A DNA stretch of 64,000 bases from Heptranchias perlo (Eukaryota), in NCBI RefSeq assembly GCF_035084215.1, contig NC_090364.1, positions 4,774,001 through 4,838,000 of the forward strand, read 5' to 3'. Positions 40,901 to 51,724 of the stretch are shown in pieces. A program made the translations under genes and the position numbers. The notes under the pieces are model-generated. The model had not been told where the DNA came from. It worked only from the letters and a program-made list of their open reading frames with translations, and made no database searches. Position 1 is the first letter of the stretch. Each line of letters begins with the position of its first letter.

Positions 40901-43900
40901 CAGCCCGCTTGATTGGCACCCCATCCACCACCCTAAACATTCACTCCCTTCACCACCGGCGCACTGTGGCTGCAGTGTGCACCATCCACAGGGTGCACTG
41001 CAGCAACTCGCCAAGGCTTCTTCGACAGCACCTCCCAAACCCGCGACCTCTACCACCTAGAAGGACAAGAGCAGCAGGCGCATGGGAACAACACCACCGG
41101 CACGTTCCCCTCCAAGTCACACATCATCCCGACTTGGAAATATATCGCCGTTCCTTCATTGTCGCTGGGTCAAAATCCTGGAACTCCGTTCCTAACAGCA
41201 CTGTGGGAGAACCGTCACCACACGGACTGCAGCGGTTCAAGAAGGCGGCTCACCACCACCTTCTCGAGGGCAATTAGGGATGGGCAATAAATGCCAGCCT
41301 TGCCAGCGACGCCCACATCCCGTGAACGAATAAAAAAAAAATGGTCACTTTTACTGATACCAGCTTCTTAATTTACTTTTTAAGCTGAATTCAAATTCTC
41401 AAACTGGGATTTGAACTCACGTTCTCTGGATTATTAGACGAGCAATATAACAATTACACTACCGTGCTCAACTGACACCAGTGATTGGAGTGAAAGACCA
41501 AATCGTATGGACCCAGAGGTCAAAGTCTCTCATACAGCACATATACTCTTGGGCGTCAGTCAGACACGCAGAGAAAATCTCTAAAGCCACTCTGCGCCTG
41601 GGTTTACATAAACAACCTGCACTGGAGGAGTCTCACAAGGGCACCCATTGTTACAAGATTGCTGCTACTTTCAACACATTTAATAAAGCAAGAAATGGAA
41701 TGTCAACCATTCTCACTGACGTCAATTAGAAAATCCCGAGTCTAACGCATTCCACCTGGTACAATACGCCAGCATCTGCGTTCACCTAAAGCAGCAAGTT
41801 GCAGCAGGTCAATTTTCTGTGCACAGGCTCAGTTAGCCTGGTCTCTAAAATAGAACGGATTTTTAAAAGTGCAACTCTTCGTTTATTTCAGGGCAATCCT
41901 TCTCTGTCTTGCCTCCTTGGACCCACAAGGAGGCAGCATACCAAGGGGTCTCTGCAAACTCCGAACCGGTTGCTGCAAGGTGCACTGGGTGAGGGGGCAT
42001 CTTCCTTCATTTTTACGTCCGCCTGCTTCTACCTCCATAATATTGCCTGTCTCTGCCCCCGCCTCAGCTCATCTGCTGCTGAAACCCTCGTCCATGCCTC
42101 TGTCACTGCTAGGCACGACTATTCCAATGCTCTCCTGGCTGGTCTCCCACCTTGTACCCTCCGTAAATTTGAGCCCATCCAAAACTCTGCTGCCCGTATC
42201 CTAGCTCGCTCCAAGTCCTGTTCTCCCATCGCCCCTGTGCTCGCTGACCGACATTGGTGCCTGGTCCAGCAATGCCTCGATTTTAAAATTCTCATCCTTG
42301 TGTTCAAATCCTTCTATGGCCTCCCTATCTCTGTAACCTCCTCCAGCCCCTACAACCCTCCACGATCTCTGCACTCCTCCAATTCTGGCCTCTTGCACAT
42401 TCCTGATTTTCTTCGCTCCACCAGTGGCGGGCGTGCTTTCAGCTGCCTGGGCCCTAAGCTCTGGAATTCTCTCCTTAAACCTTGCTGTCTCTCTCTCTCT
42501 CCTCCTTTAAGACGCTCTTTCAAACCTACCTCTTTGACCAACTGTCCTAATATCTCTTTATGTGGCTTGGTGTCAGATTTTGTCTGTTAACACTCCTGTG
42601 AAGCACCCTGGGACGTTTTTATTATGTTAAAGGCGCTATATAAATGCAAGTTGTTGATGTCCGGGTTGCAAAGGGGTTAACTTGAACGCAGCTGAGGTTG
42701 AGAGCTAGGCGACTTACGAATGGACTTTGAAAGATCAATTTTGTCTTCATCAAAGCTGTGATCGTTGCTCATAAGCCAGCAACACACACCCCCCACTGTG
42801 TTCCAGCTGCAGTGCTGTGTCTGGGCTTACTGAGTGTACTGGTACCAACGCATTATAGCAAAGATTGTACTTAAGCCAATACACTTTAGTCCTGTGCCAA
42901 CAGACTTCTGTGCGATGCTGTTAAGTTATCAGCTCCAATTTATCCCATCGCTACCAGAGATGAACTTGTATTTCACGCCTCAGCTTGACTCAGTTGGCAA
43001 CGTACTCGCCTCAGAATCAGGAGGTTGTGGGTTTGAGCACACAATCTAAGCTGACACTCCAGTGCAGCCTGAGGGAGTGAAACTTTGAATTACACCCACC
43101 TGACCTGTGAGAAACAGTCAGAGAGACTATTCTTCGGCTAAGACGTGAAACCGAGGCCCGATCTGCCTGTTTCTGCGATTCACGCAGATGCTAAAGATCC
43201 CACCGTGCAATCTGAAGAGGTGCACGGAGGTCCCTAAACTTTCCGATCAAGGGTCCTCAAACACCATATAAACACAATGCTATCTGTGGGATAGCCTAGA
43301 TCACTGCACTTCAAAGGCATTCACATTTCGCTCTGAGAGGTGCGACAAGAAACTGCATGGAAGTACATCTTTCCTTCATTTTTCATAATGATTTGATGCA
43401 GTTCAAAACACTCGTAGAAAATGCCGTTGAAAAATGTCCCAAGTTGCTTCAGAGGCGTATTCAGATCAGTGAACCTCGTGTGAAAATGTCACACTCCCAC
43501 CATTACACTTTACTGAAAACACACCGAGCTGAGGGGGCAGACGGGAAGTTGGGAATATTTCTACAGCCTGCACAAATATTATATTCTGCGGTTCCTCTTT
43601 GATTGCGTGCCAGCTGTACAATCGGATGATTCACGCGATGAGCTGGGTCAGGAAAGGGCCTGCAGCGCGTTCCCCACCTTCAATGGAACAATTGTAAACA
43701 ATTTTACAACACCAAGTTATAGTCCAGCAATTTTATTTTAAATTCACAAGCTTTCGGAGATTTTCTCCTTCCTCAGGTAAAAACATTTACCTGAGGAAGG
43801 AGAAAATCTCCGAAAGCTTGTGAATTTAAAATAAAATTGCTGGACTATAACTTGGTGTTGTAAAATTGTTTACAATTGTCAACCCCAGTCCATCACCGGC

Positions 43901-46900
43901 ATCTCCACATCAATGGAACAAGGCAAATCGGCGAAAAGTACTTCCACCGGCCAGCAAGTTGGATCATTTAAGACGGTCCTCAAAAGAATGAAGGAAGCAG
44001 TTAGGAGAAATATTTTTATGCAGAGAGGGCTGTTCAGACTTGGACTATGTGCTTAAACACACAACCTCCTGATTCTGAGGCGAGTACGTTGCCAACTGAG
44101 TCAAGCTGAGGCGTGAAATACAAGTTCATCACTGGTAGCGATGGGATATATTGGAGCTGATAACTTAACAGCATCGCACAGAAGTCCATTGGCACAGGAC
44201 TAAAGTGTATTGGCTTAAGTACAATCCAGTAGAAATGGTGGAGGACACAGAATCCACAATAGCTTTTAAAAGGGAAACAAATAAATATTTGAAAAAGAAA
44301 CATTTAAAGGTGTCAGACGTGGTTGAGTGGTTGAATCCTACTCCAGAGACTTGAGCAGATAACCCAAGCTGACACTCCAGTGCAGTACTGAGGGAGTGCT
44401 GCACTGTCTGAGGTGCCGTCTTTCGGATGAGACGTTAAACCGAGGCTCTGTCTGCCCTCTCAGGTGGACGTAAAAGATCCCATAACATTATTTCGAAAAA
44501 GAGCAGGGGAGTTTTCCCTGGTGTCCTGGCCAATATTTATCCCTCAACCAACATCACTAAAACAGATTATCTGGTCATTATCACATTGCTGTTTGTGGGA
44601 TCTTGCTGTGCACAATTTGGCTGCTGCGTTTCCTACATTACAACAGTGCCTACGCTTCAAGAGTACTTCATTAGCTGTAAAGCGCTTTGGGACGTCCTGA
44701 GGTCGTGAAAGGCGCGATATAAATGCAAGTTCTTTCTTTCTTCTTTGACATGGGGTAAGGACAGTGGACTGCTCTTCCAGATTCTATGAAACATGTTCAC
44801 ATACAAGTAAACGGCAATGGGCGGCCGGCTTCTGCGAGCAGACATTAAGACGACCTACAGTAAAGCATCCTAGTGACCTCAAGCTCAAAATGCCATCTCC
44901 AAATACATGCTGATAATCTAATTAAACTACTGGGTGGTTTCTTTTTCCACAGAATTTCACATTAAACTGTACTGAAACCCCCGCGACAAGACTCTCTGGA
45001 TGAATAATTGGGAAACAGGTTACCGGCTGAAACCCCTCAAAAGAATGATACACTGAACCGCAAAATAAATAAGGACAGTCCCCCAAGAGTCTCGTCAGAC
45101 CCCTGACTTAACGTATCTGAGTATTTGTAATAAGAACTTGCATTTATTTACCACCTTTCACAACCTAAGGACGTCCCAAAGCGACTTACAGCCAATGAAG
45201 TACTTTTAAAGTGTAGTCATGTAGGAAACGCGGCAGCCAATTTGCGCACAGCAAGATCCCACAAACAGCAATGAGATAAATGACCAGATAATCTGTTTCA
45301 GTGACGTTGGTTGAGGGATAAATATTGGCCCGGACACCGGCACAGTGCCAGTTTCCTGCTCATGAAACACGACTTCATTTGTCCAAGAATGTGGGTACAG
45401 TAGTGTAGTGGTTATGTTACTGGACTAATAATCCAGAAAGCAGGAGTTCAAATCCCACCACTGGCAGTTCAAGAATGTTAATTCCGTTTTTTTTTAAATC
45501 TGGAAATAAAAAGCTGGTATCAGTAAAAGTGACCATGAAGGTGTCTGACTGTCGTAAAAAAAAACCCAACTGGTTCACTGATGTCCTTCAGGGAAGGAAA
45601 CCTGCTGTCCTTATCCGGTCTGGGCCGATATGTGACTCCAGTCCCAACGTGGTTGATTCTTAGCTATCTCTCTGAAGTAGCGTAGCCAATCAGTCATATC
45701 AAACTCAGGGAGTCTAGGGATGGGCAATTAAAGCCAGCCTTACCGGCGATGCCCAAACCCTGAGAACGAATATACATTATAAAAACAGGCTTAATGGAGA
45801 ACTATCACAGATTGGTGAGTAGCTCAGCATTCTGATGATTGAGTCTTCAACTAAATAGACCAAAACCACAAACTGGTTCAGTTTCGCCCAACAACCCAAA
45901 TCATCACACCCACTGATTCCAATTATTCATCCAGTGAGTGCTGTCACTAGGATCTCAGTACCAAGCAGAGCATGTGAAATTTTGTACTCCGTCCTCTTGA
46001 TTTGTGAAATATACTCAGCAGCGCAATTAGATTGTCGATTGGGGGACGTGTGCCTGGAGAGGGCACTTTGAGCTTGAAGTCGCTAGGGCAAGTTACTACA
46101 ATAGTGCAATTTGAGAAGATGAATTAAACGTACTAGACAAATAACTTATTGGTGTCAGTACACTAAAGCCAGTGACAGCAACAAGCCGGTTGCAAGAACA
46201 GAGAGCTAAACACTCGCAGTTTGATCAGGAAATGACAACCTGATTCAGGAGCACATGAAGTGGCTCACATAAGGATATCACTGTGAACATCCTTACAGCT
46301 CTGGGAGAGCTGGTCACACTATATATGTAGTCAGTCCTGTTATAGTGTGTTCTGGTTACACTCCTTGCAATCAGCTGTTTACAGTAGCGTGAGGCAGGAG
46401 TGCACAGCAGCTGTTGGGAGGGAGGGAGAGAGAACACACTGATCAACTGTTGGGAGGGAGGAGAGACGAGCACATCTGCTGTTGGGAGGGGTAACACATA
46501 CACAGATTGGCAGACAGATGGAGAGAACTGACCAGCTGTTGGTAGCCGCATGAGTCTGGAGTACAATGATCCACTTTTGGGCAGAGAGATGTTGGATGCA
46601 ATGGAGTCTTAAAAGTTATCTGAAAATTAATTTTCAGCACTAAGTTCCCCCTTGCTATGTTATCGAAGTTGCTTAATTCAAATTATTAAATAATTCAATG
46701 TTTTTGGCAAACAAAATGACCTTGAGACAACAGACGATGGATGATATGGTTCTCTTTACATTGTATTTTTCAAATCTTTTCTTGCATTATTCCTGAAATG
46801 ACAAAATACTTGTAAAACCAAATGTGAGAACCATACTAAAAGCTCCAATGCTCTCTCTGCACACCTGATCAGTGGGTCCCCTCTCTCTGCCCGCACCTGA

Positions 46901-49654
46901 GCAATGGGTGTCTCTCTCTCTCTCTCTCTCTCTGATCAATGGGCCCCTCTCTCTCCCCGCACCTGTCACAAGGTTTGAGTTATCTATTAATCCCCTCCAC
47001 TGGATAAGACAAGTCTCACAGGTGAGGAGATGTAGGACCATCACATTCTAAAGACACTCATGGTTTAGTTAAGACTGAAGAGTAACAGGTTTGTAGTTCT
47101 GCCAAGTGGCACTCATAGGGATCACCATTATCACTTTGGTTTAAACCCAGGACTTTTCAGTGAATAAAGGCACTGCCTCGTATATCCCTATGATGGGGTG
47201 GGGAGATCAATTCCCTCCGGACTGAAATCCAATGCCTCCCTGTGGACAGGCATGAGAAACGGTTAGTTGGGGCACCAGCTACTGCTGCCACCGTTTACCG
47301 AAGAGGTGAGGATTAGAAATGGACGATAATGTCAAAACATTTCAAAGGGAGATCACGGTCGATGTGATTTGCCCCGGGGGAACAGGTCAGTCTTGGTCCA
47401 TTCCAGCTGTACATGGACGAATGCCAAAATGAAAAACAAATTAGAAATTACAGAAGGAGGTCATTTGGCCCATCATGATGGCGCTAGCTCTCCAACTGGA
47501 GTCATACATTGTAATTCCTTTCCCCTGTATACTTTTATATTCTTCCTTTTCAAATGCTTATCCAATTCCCTTTTAAATGATCTCATGGCCTCTGCCCTGG
47601 TGTCCCCTTACGCTGGAACATTTCAGATTCTAATATCCCCACTGCGAGAAAAAAAATTCCTTCCAACTTCCTCCTTCTCCCTGATAATCCTCAGTCTGAG
47701 CCCCCGTCATTACTGATTCACCAAACCAGTGGAAACAAACCTTCTCACTGTTCACCCCTCGCAGAATCTCTCATCACCTTAACAAAAACCTCAATTCAAT
47801 CCCCTTTAACCTCCGCTGTTCAGGGGGGGGGGGGAAAGAGAGGAGTGTGGGGTGAGGCATTTGGGGGGCGGGGAAGTGTGGGGTGAGGTATTTTGGGGGG
47901 GAGGGGGAAAGTGTGGGGTGAGGTATTTTGGGGGGGAGGGGAAGTGTGGGGTGAGGTATTTTGGGGGGGAGGGGGAAAGTGTGGGGTGAGGTATTTTGGG
48001 GGGGAGGGGGAAAGTGTGGGGTGAGGTATTTTGGGGGGGAGGGGAAGTGTGGGGTGAGGTATTTTGGGGGGGGGGGGAAGTGTGGGGTGAGGTATTTTGG
48101 GGGGGGGGGGGGGGGGAGTGTGGGGTGAGGTATTTTGGGGGGGGGGGGGAAGTGTGGGGTGAGGTATTTTGGGGGGGGGGAAGTGTGGGGTGAGGTATTT
48201 TGGGGGGGGAGGGGAAGTGTGGGGTGAGGTATTTTGGGGGGGGGGGGGGGAAGTGTGGGGTGAGGTATTTTGGGGGGGGGGGGGGGGGGAGTGTGGGGTG
48301 AGGTATTTGGGGGGGGGGGGGAAGTGTGGGGTGAGGTATTTTGGGGGGGGCGGGGAAGTGTGGGGTGAGGTATTTTGGGGGGGGCGGGGAAGTGTGGGGT
48401 GAGGTATTTTGGGGGTGGGGGACTGAGGGGTGAGGTATTTTGGGGGTGGGGGAGTGAGGGGTGAGGTATTTTGGAGGAGGGGGGGGGGGGGGGGGGAAGT
48501 GTGGGGTGAGGTATTTTGTGGGTGGGGGAGTGTGGGGTGAGGTATTTTGGGGGTGGGGGAGTGAGGGGTGAGGTATTTTGTGGGTGGGGGAGTGTGGGGT
48601 GAGGTATTTTGGGGGTGGGGGAGTGTGGGGGTGAGGTATTTTGGGGGTGGGGGAGTGTGGGGTGAGGTATTTTGGGGGTGGGGGGAGTGTGGGGTGAGGT
48701 ATTTTGGGGGTGGGGGGAGTGTGGGGTGAGGTATTTTGGGGGTGGGGGGAGTGTGGGGTGAGGTATCGAGGGGGGGCACCCAGAGGGACTGGGGCGGTGG
48801 GGGCTGTGGCTCAGTGTTGTCGGGAGGGGTTGAGGGAGAGACAACGGATCCCGACTGATTATAATCAGGGGGTCAGGGGGTTCGGGGGGGGGGGGGAGGG
48901 GGGGGAGGGGAGGGGGGGGGGGGGAGGGGGGGGAGGGGAGAGGGGGGGGGGAGGGGGGAGGGGGGGGGGAGGGGAGAGGGGGGGGGGGAGGGGGGAGGGG
49001 GGGGGAGGGGGATCGGGGGGGGGGAGGGGGATCGGGATCGGGGGAGGGGAGAGAGGGGGTCAGTCTGTGAATTGGGGGGTCCCAACCTGGCATCCAGCTG
49101 TTGCTGGGGGGGGGGGGAGAAAGACCAGCCCCCCCCCACCCCTGAGGCAGACCCGAGGGGGGGAAACTGGGGCAGTTTCACCCCACCCCAGGGAGAGGCC
49201 TGAGCGGCTGGAGGCCCAGATCCCACCCCCTCCCCATCAGCCGGGCCCCTCTCCCCTCAGAAACCCTTCCCCGAGCTGGGGAAACACCGGGGACTCTCCA
49301 GGCCCGGCCGGCCCCTGGCAGCTCCTCTCCCCACCCGGATGGCTTCCAACTCGAGCCCGAGGCTCCACGCCGGGCCTTGTCGCCTCTTCCTTCTCTCCCC
49401 CCACCCCGGCGCCCGTCCCTCCCCGACTCACTCTCCCTCCCTCCCTCCCCCGCCCCACCGCCTGTCCCCTTCCCCCTGGAGCCTAGGCCGCAAGACCCCC
49501 CGAGCCTCGGCCGCTCCCGCCCGCGGGGCCCCGGCCTCCCGTTACCTTTCTGGATGCGGAGCTGGGCGGCCGACGCCTTCTTGGTGCCGGTCTTGGCGGC
49601 TCCGGCGGCGTCTTCTTCCTTCTTCTGCTGCTTGAGCGAGAAGAGCTTGATCAT
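31988..49654 (-). CDS. UBE2M: NEDD8-conjugating enzyme Ubc12, 183 aa; exons 49654-49546, 38402-38308, 37416-37378, 34922-34819, 33436-33373, 32128-31988
   Basis: [13 protein letters not shown]-terminus, HPN motif, catalytic [14 protein letters not shown] and C-terminal [14 protein letters not shown]. Exons total 552 nt with GT-AG introns and consistent phases. AATAAA on the minus strand at 31632-31637 and 29854-29859. Confidence 0.98.
32762..32778 (-). promoter_or_regulatory. CTCF-like motif in UBE2M last intron
   Basis: The minus strand reads TGCCACTAGATGGTGA, close to CCACYAGRKGGC. Motif match only. Confidence 0.3.
36835..37210 (+). mobile_element. CR1 LINE 3' fragment
   Basis: [11 protein letters not shown]...[21 protein letters not shown] translation and CR1 tail. 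Confidence 0.85.
39748..40146 (-). mobile_element. CR1 LINE 3' fragment
   Basis: [28 protein letters not shown] translation and CR1 tail. Confidence 0.85.
40355..41340 (+). mobile_element. Second 5'-truncated copy of the LINE at 21337, inserted into a SINE
   Basis: QGSVLGP...FADD RT end in a continuous frame to the stop at 41277, with the same 3' tail and A-run. Flanks match the reverse complement of the SINE at 45395. Confidence 0.92.
42015..42657 (+). mobile_element. L2 LINE 3' portion
   Basis: [24 protein letters not shown]...QNSAARIL...[14 protein letters not shown] translation and tail AGGCGCTATATAAATGCAAGTTG. Other fragments at ~13585-13780, 24625-24935, 35390-35690 and 56455-56765 (-). 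Confidence 0.85.
43688..43910 (+). mobile_element. Penelope-like element remnant: perfect 94-bp-arm palindrome plus 3' tail, with target-site duplication
   Basis: Arms 43688-43781 and 43786-43879 with loop AACA. Penelope-type terminus GGACTATAACTTGGTGTTG...ACCCCAGTCCATCACCGGCATCTCCACATC. TCAATGGAACAA is repeated at 43680-43691 and 43910-43921. Confidence 0.8.
43786..43824 (+). ncRNA. Minimal hammerhead-ribozyme-like motif (mirror copy on the minus strand at 43743-43781)
   Basis: TTTAC-CTGAGGA-A-GGAGA AAA TCTCC-GAAA-GC-TT-GTGAA gives a CUGANGA/GAAA core, stem II, palindromic AAGCTT stem III and stem I TTTAC/GTGAA. Confidence 0.55.
44310..44745 (+). mobile_element. Deu-type SINE, near full length
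   Basis: Same family as 5133. Further minus-strand copies at ~45130-45340, 52493-52672, 57345-57778 and 58652-59099. Confidence 0.85.
45395..45772 (+). mobile_element. tRNA-derived SINE sharing its 3' tail with the LINE at 21337/40355
   Basis: Head TAGTGTAGTGG...GAGTTCAAATCCCACC; tail TAGGGATGGGCAATTAAAGCCAGCCTT...GAGAACGAAT. Confidence 0.65.
47822..49060. repeat. G-rich tandem array (GTGTGGGGTGAGGTATTTT[G]n-GGAA, ~32-42 bp) followed by a poly-purine G tract, UBE2M intron 1
   Basis: Read directly. The array runs 47840-48766 and the (GnA) tract 48880-49060. Confidence 0.95.
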
Positions 49655-49865
49655 GGTGCAGAGCCGGGTGCGAGGCCTCGGGAGTCGGGCTCGGGTCGGA
49701 GCGAGAGACGGAGCCGCCGCTCGGGCTGGGGATGAAAGCGCAGAGCAGCGTGGGAGCGGGGTCAGAGGTCGGGGGGGAGGGGCTGGGTGTGTGTTAGGGG
49801 GGGGGGGGGGGTCTGTGTCTGGGTCTCTGTCTCTGTCCATCTGTCACTGAGTGGTAGCACCCTGG

Positions 49866-51724
49866 GGAGACACACTCGGGGGTGTGGGAGACACACTCGG
49901 GGTATGGGAGACACACTCGGGGTATGGGAGACACACTCGGGGTATGGGAGACACACTCGGGGTATGGGAGACACACTCGGGGTATGAGAGACACACTCGG
50001 GGTATGGGAGACACACTCGGGGTATGAGAGACACACTCGGGGTATGGGAGACACACTCGGGGTATGAGAGACACACTCGGGGTATGGGAGACACACTCGG
50101 GGTATGAGAGACACACTCGGGGTATGGGAGACACACTCGGGGTATGAGAGACACACTCGGGGTATGAGAGACACACTCGGGGTATGGAAGACACACTCGG
50201 GGTATGGGAGACACACTCGGGGTATGAGAGACACACTCGGGGGTGTGGGAGACACACTCGGGGTATGAGTGACACACTCGGGGTATGGGAGACACACTCG
50301 GGGTATGAGAGACACACTCGGGGTATGAGAGACACACTCGGGGTATGAGAGACACACTCGGGGTATGGAAGACACACTCGGGGTATGGGAGACACACTCG
50401 GGGTATGAGAGACACACTCGGGGTATGGGAGACACACTCGGGGTATGAGAGACACACTCGGGGTATGAGAGACACACTCGGGGTATGGAAGACACACTCG
50501 GGGTATGGGAGACACACTCGGGGTATGAGAGACACACTCGGGGGTGTGGGAGACACACTCGGGGTATGAGTGACACACTCGGGGTATGAGAGACACACTC
50601 GGGGTATGAGTGACACACTCGGGGGTATGAGAGACACACTCGGGTATGGGAGACACACTCGGGGGTATGGGAGACACACTCGGGTATGGGAGACACACTC
50701 GGGGGTGTGGGAGACACACTCGGGTATGGGAGACACACTCGGGGGTGTGGGAGATACACTCGGGGGTATGGGAGACACACTCGGGTATGAGAGACACACT
50801 CGGGGGTGTGGGAGACACACTCGGGTATGAGAGACACACTCGGGGGTGTGGGAGACACACTCGGGGTATGAGAGACACACTCGGGTATGGGAGACACACT
50901 CGGGGGTGTGGGAGACACACTCGGGGTATGAGTGACACACTCGGGGTATGAGAGACACACTCGGGGGTGTGGGAGATACACTCGGGGGTATGGGAGACAC
51001 ACTCGGGGTATGAGAGACACACTCGGGGGTGTGGGAGATACACTCGGGGGTATGGGAGACACACTCGGGTATGGGAGACACACTCGGGGTATGGGAGACA
51101 CACTCGGGGTATGAGTGACACACTCGGGGGTGTGGGAGATACACTCGGGGGTATGGGAGACACACTTGGGTATGGGAGACACACTCGGGGGTATGGGAGA
51201 CACACTCGGGGGTATGAGAGACACACTTGGATATGGGAGACACACTCGGGGGTATGGGAGACACACTCAGGGGGTATGAGAGACACACTTGGGTATGGGA
51301 GACACACTCGGGGGTATGGGAGACACACTCGGGGTATGAGTGACACACTCGGGGTATGGAGGCACACTCAGGTATGGGAGACACATTTGGGTATGAGAGA
51401 TACACTCGGGGGTATGGGAGACACACTCGGGTATGGGAGACACACTTGCGTATGGGAGACACACTCGGGGGTATGGGAGACACACTCGGGGTATGAGAGA
51501 CACACTTGCGTATGGGAGACACACTCGGGGGTATGAGAGACACACTTGGATATGGGAGACACACTCGGGGGTATGAGAGACACACTTGGATATGGGAGAC
51601 ACACTCGGGGGTATGGGAGACACACTCAGGGGGTATGAGAGACACACTTGCGTATGGGAGACACACTCGGGGGTATGGGAGACACACTCGGGTATGGGAG
51701 ACATTCAGGGGTATGGGAGACACA
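49866..51724. repeat. ~20-bp minisatellite (GGGAGACACACTCGGGGTAT), roughly 90 units, immediately upstream of UBE2M
   Basis: Read directly. Units are 19-22 bp; the array is homogeneous near the gene and diverges distally. Confidence 0.97.

Larger units (their letters stand above)
42863..44226. repeat. Inverted duplication; arms 42863-43054 and 44034-44226
   Basis: Near-identical ORF-track translations on opposite strands ([24 protein letters not shown]...LASESGGC). Confidence 0.92.

Noticed and set aside
47774-51723. Pro-rich and CVSHTP-repeat ORFs (300-650 aa)
   Set aside because: Translations of G-rich and 20-bp satellites with variable, non-triplet unit lengths.
27705-51724. CRISPR-like appearance of the regular repeats
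   Set aside because: Contiguous tandem units without unique spacers, no cas genes, and a vertebrate context.
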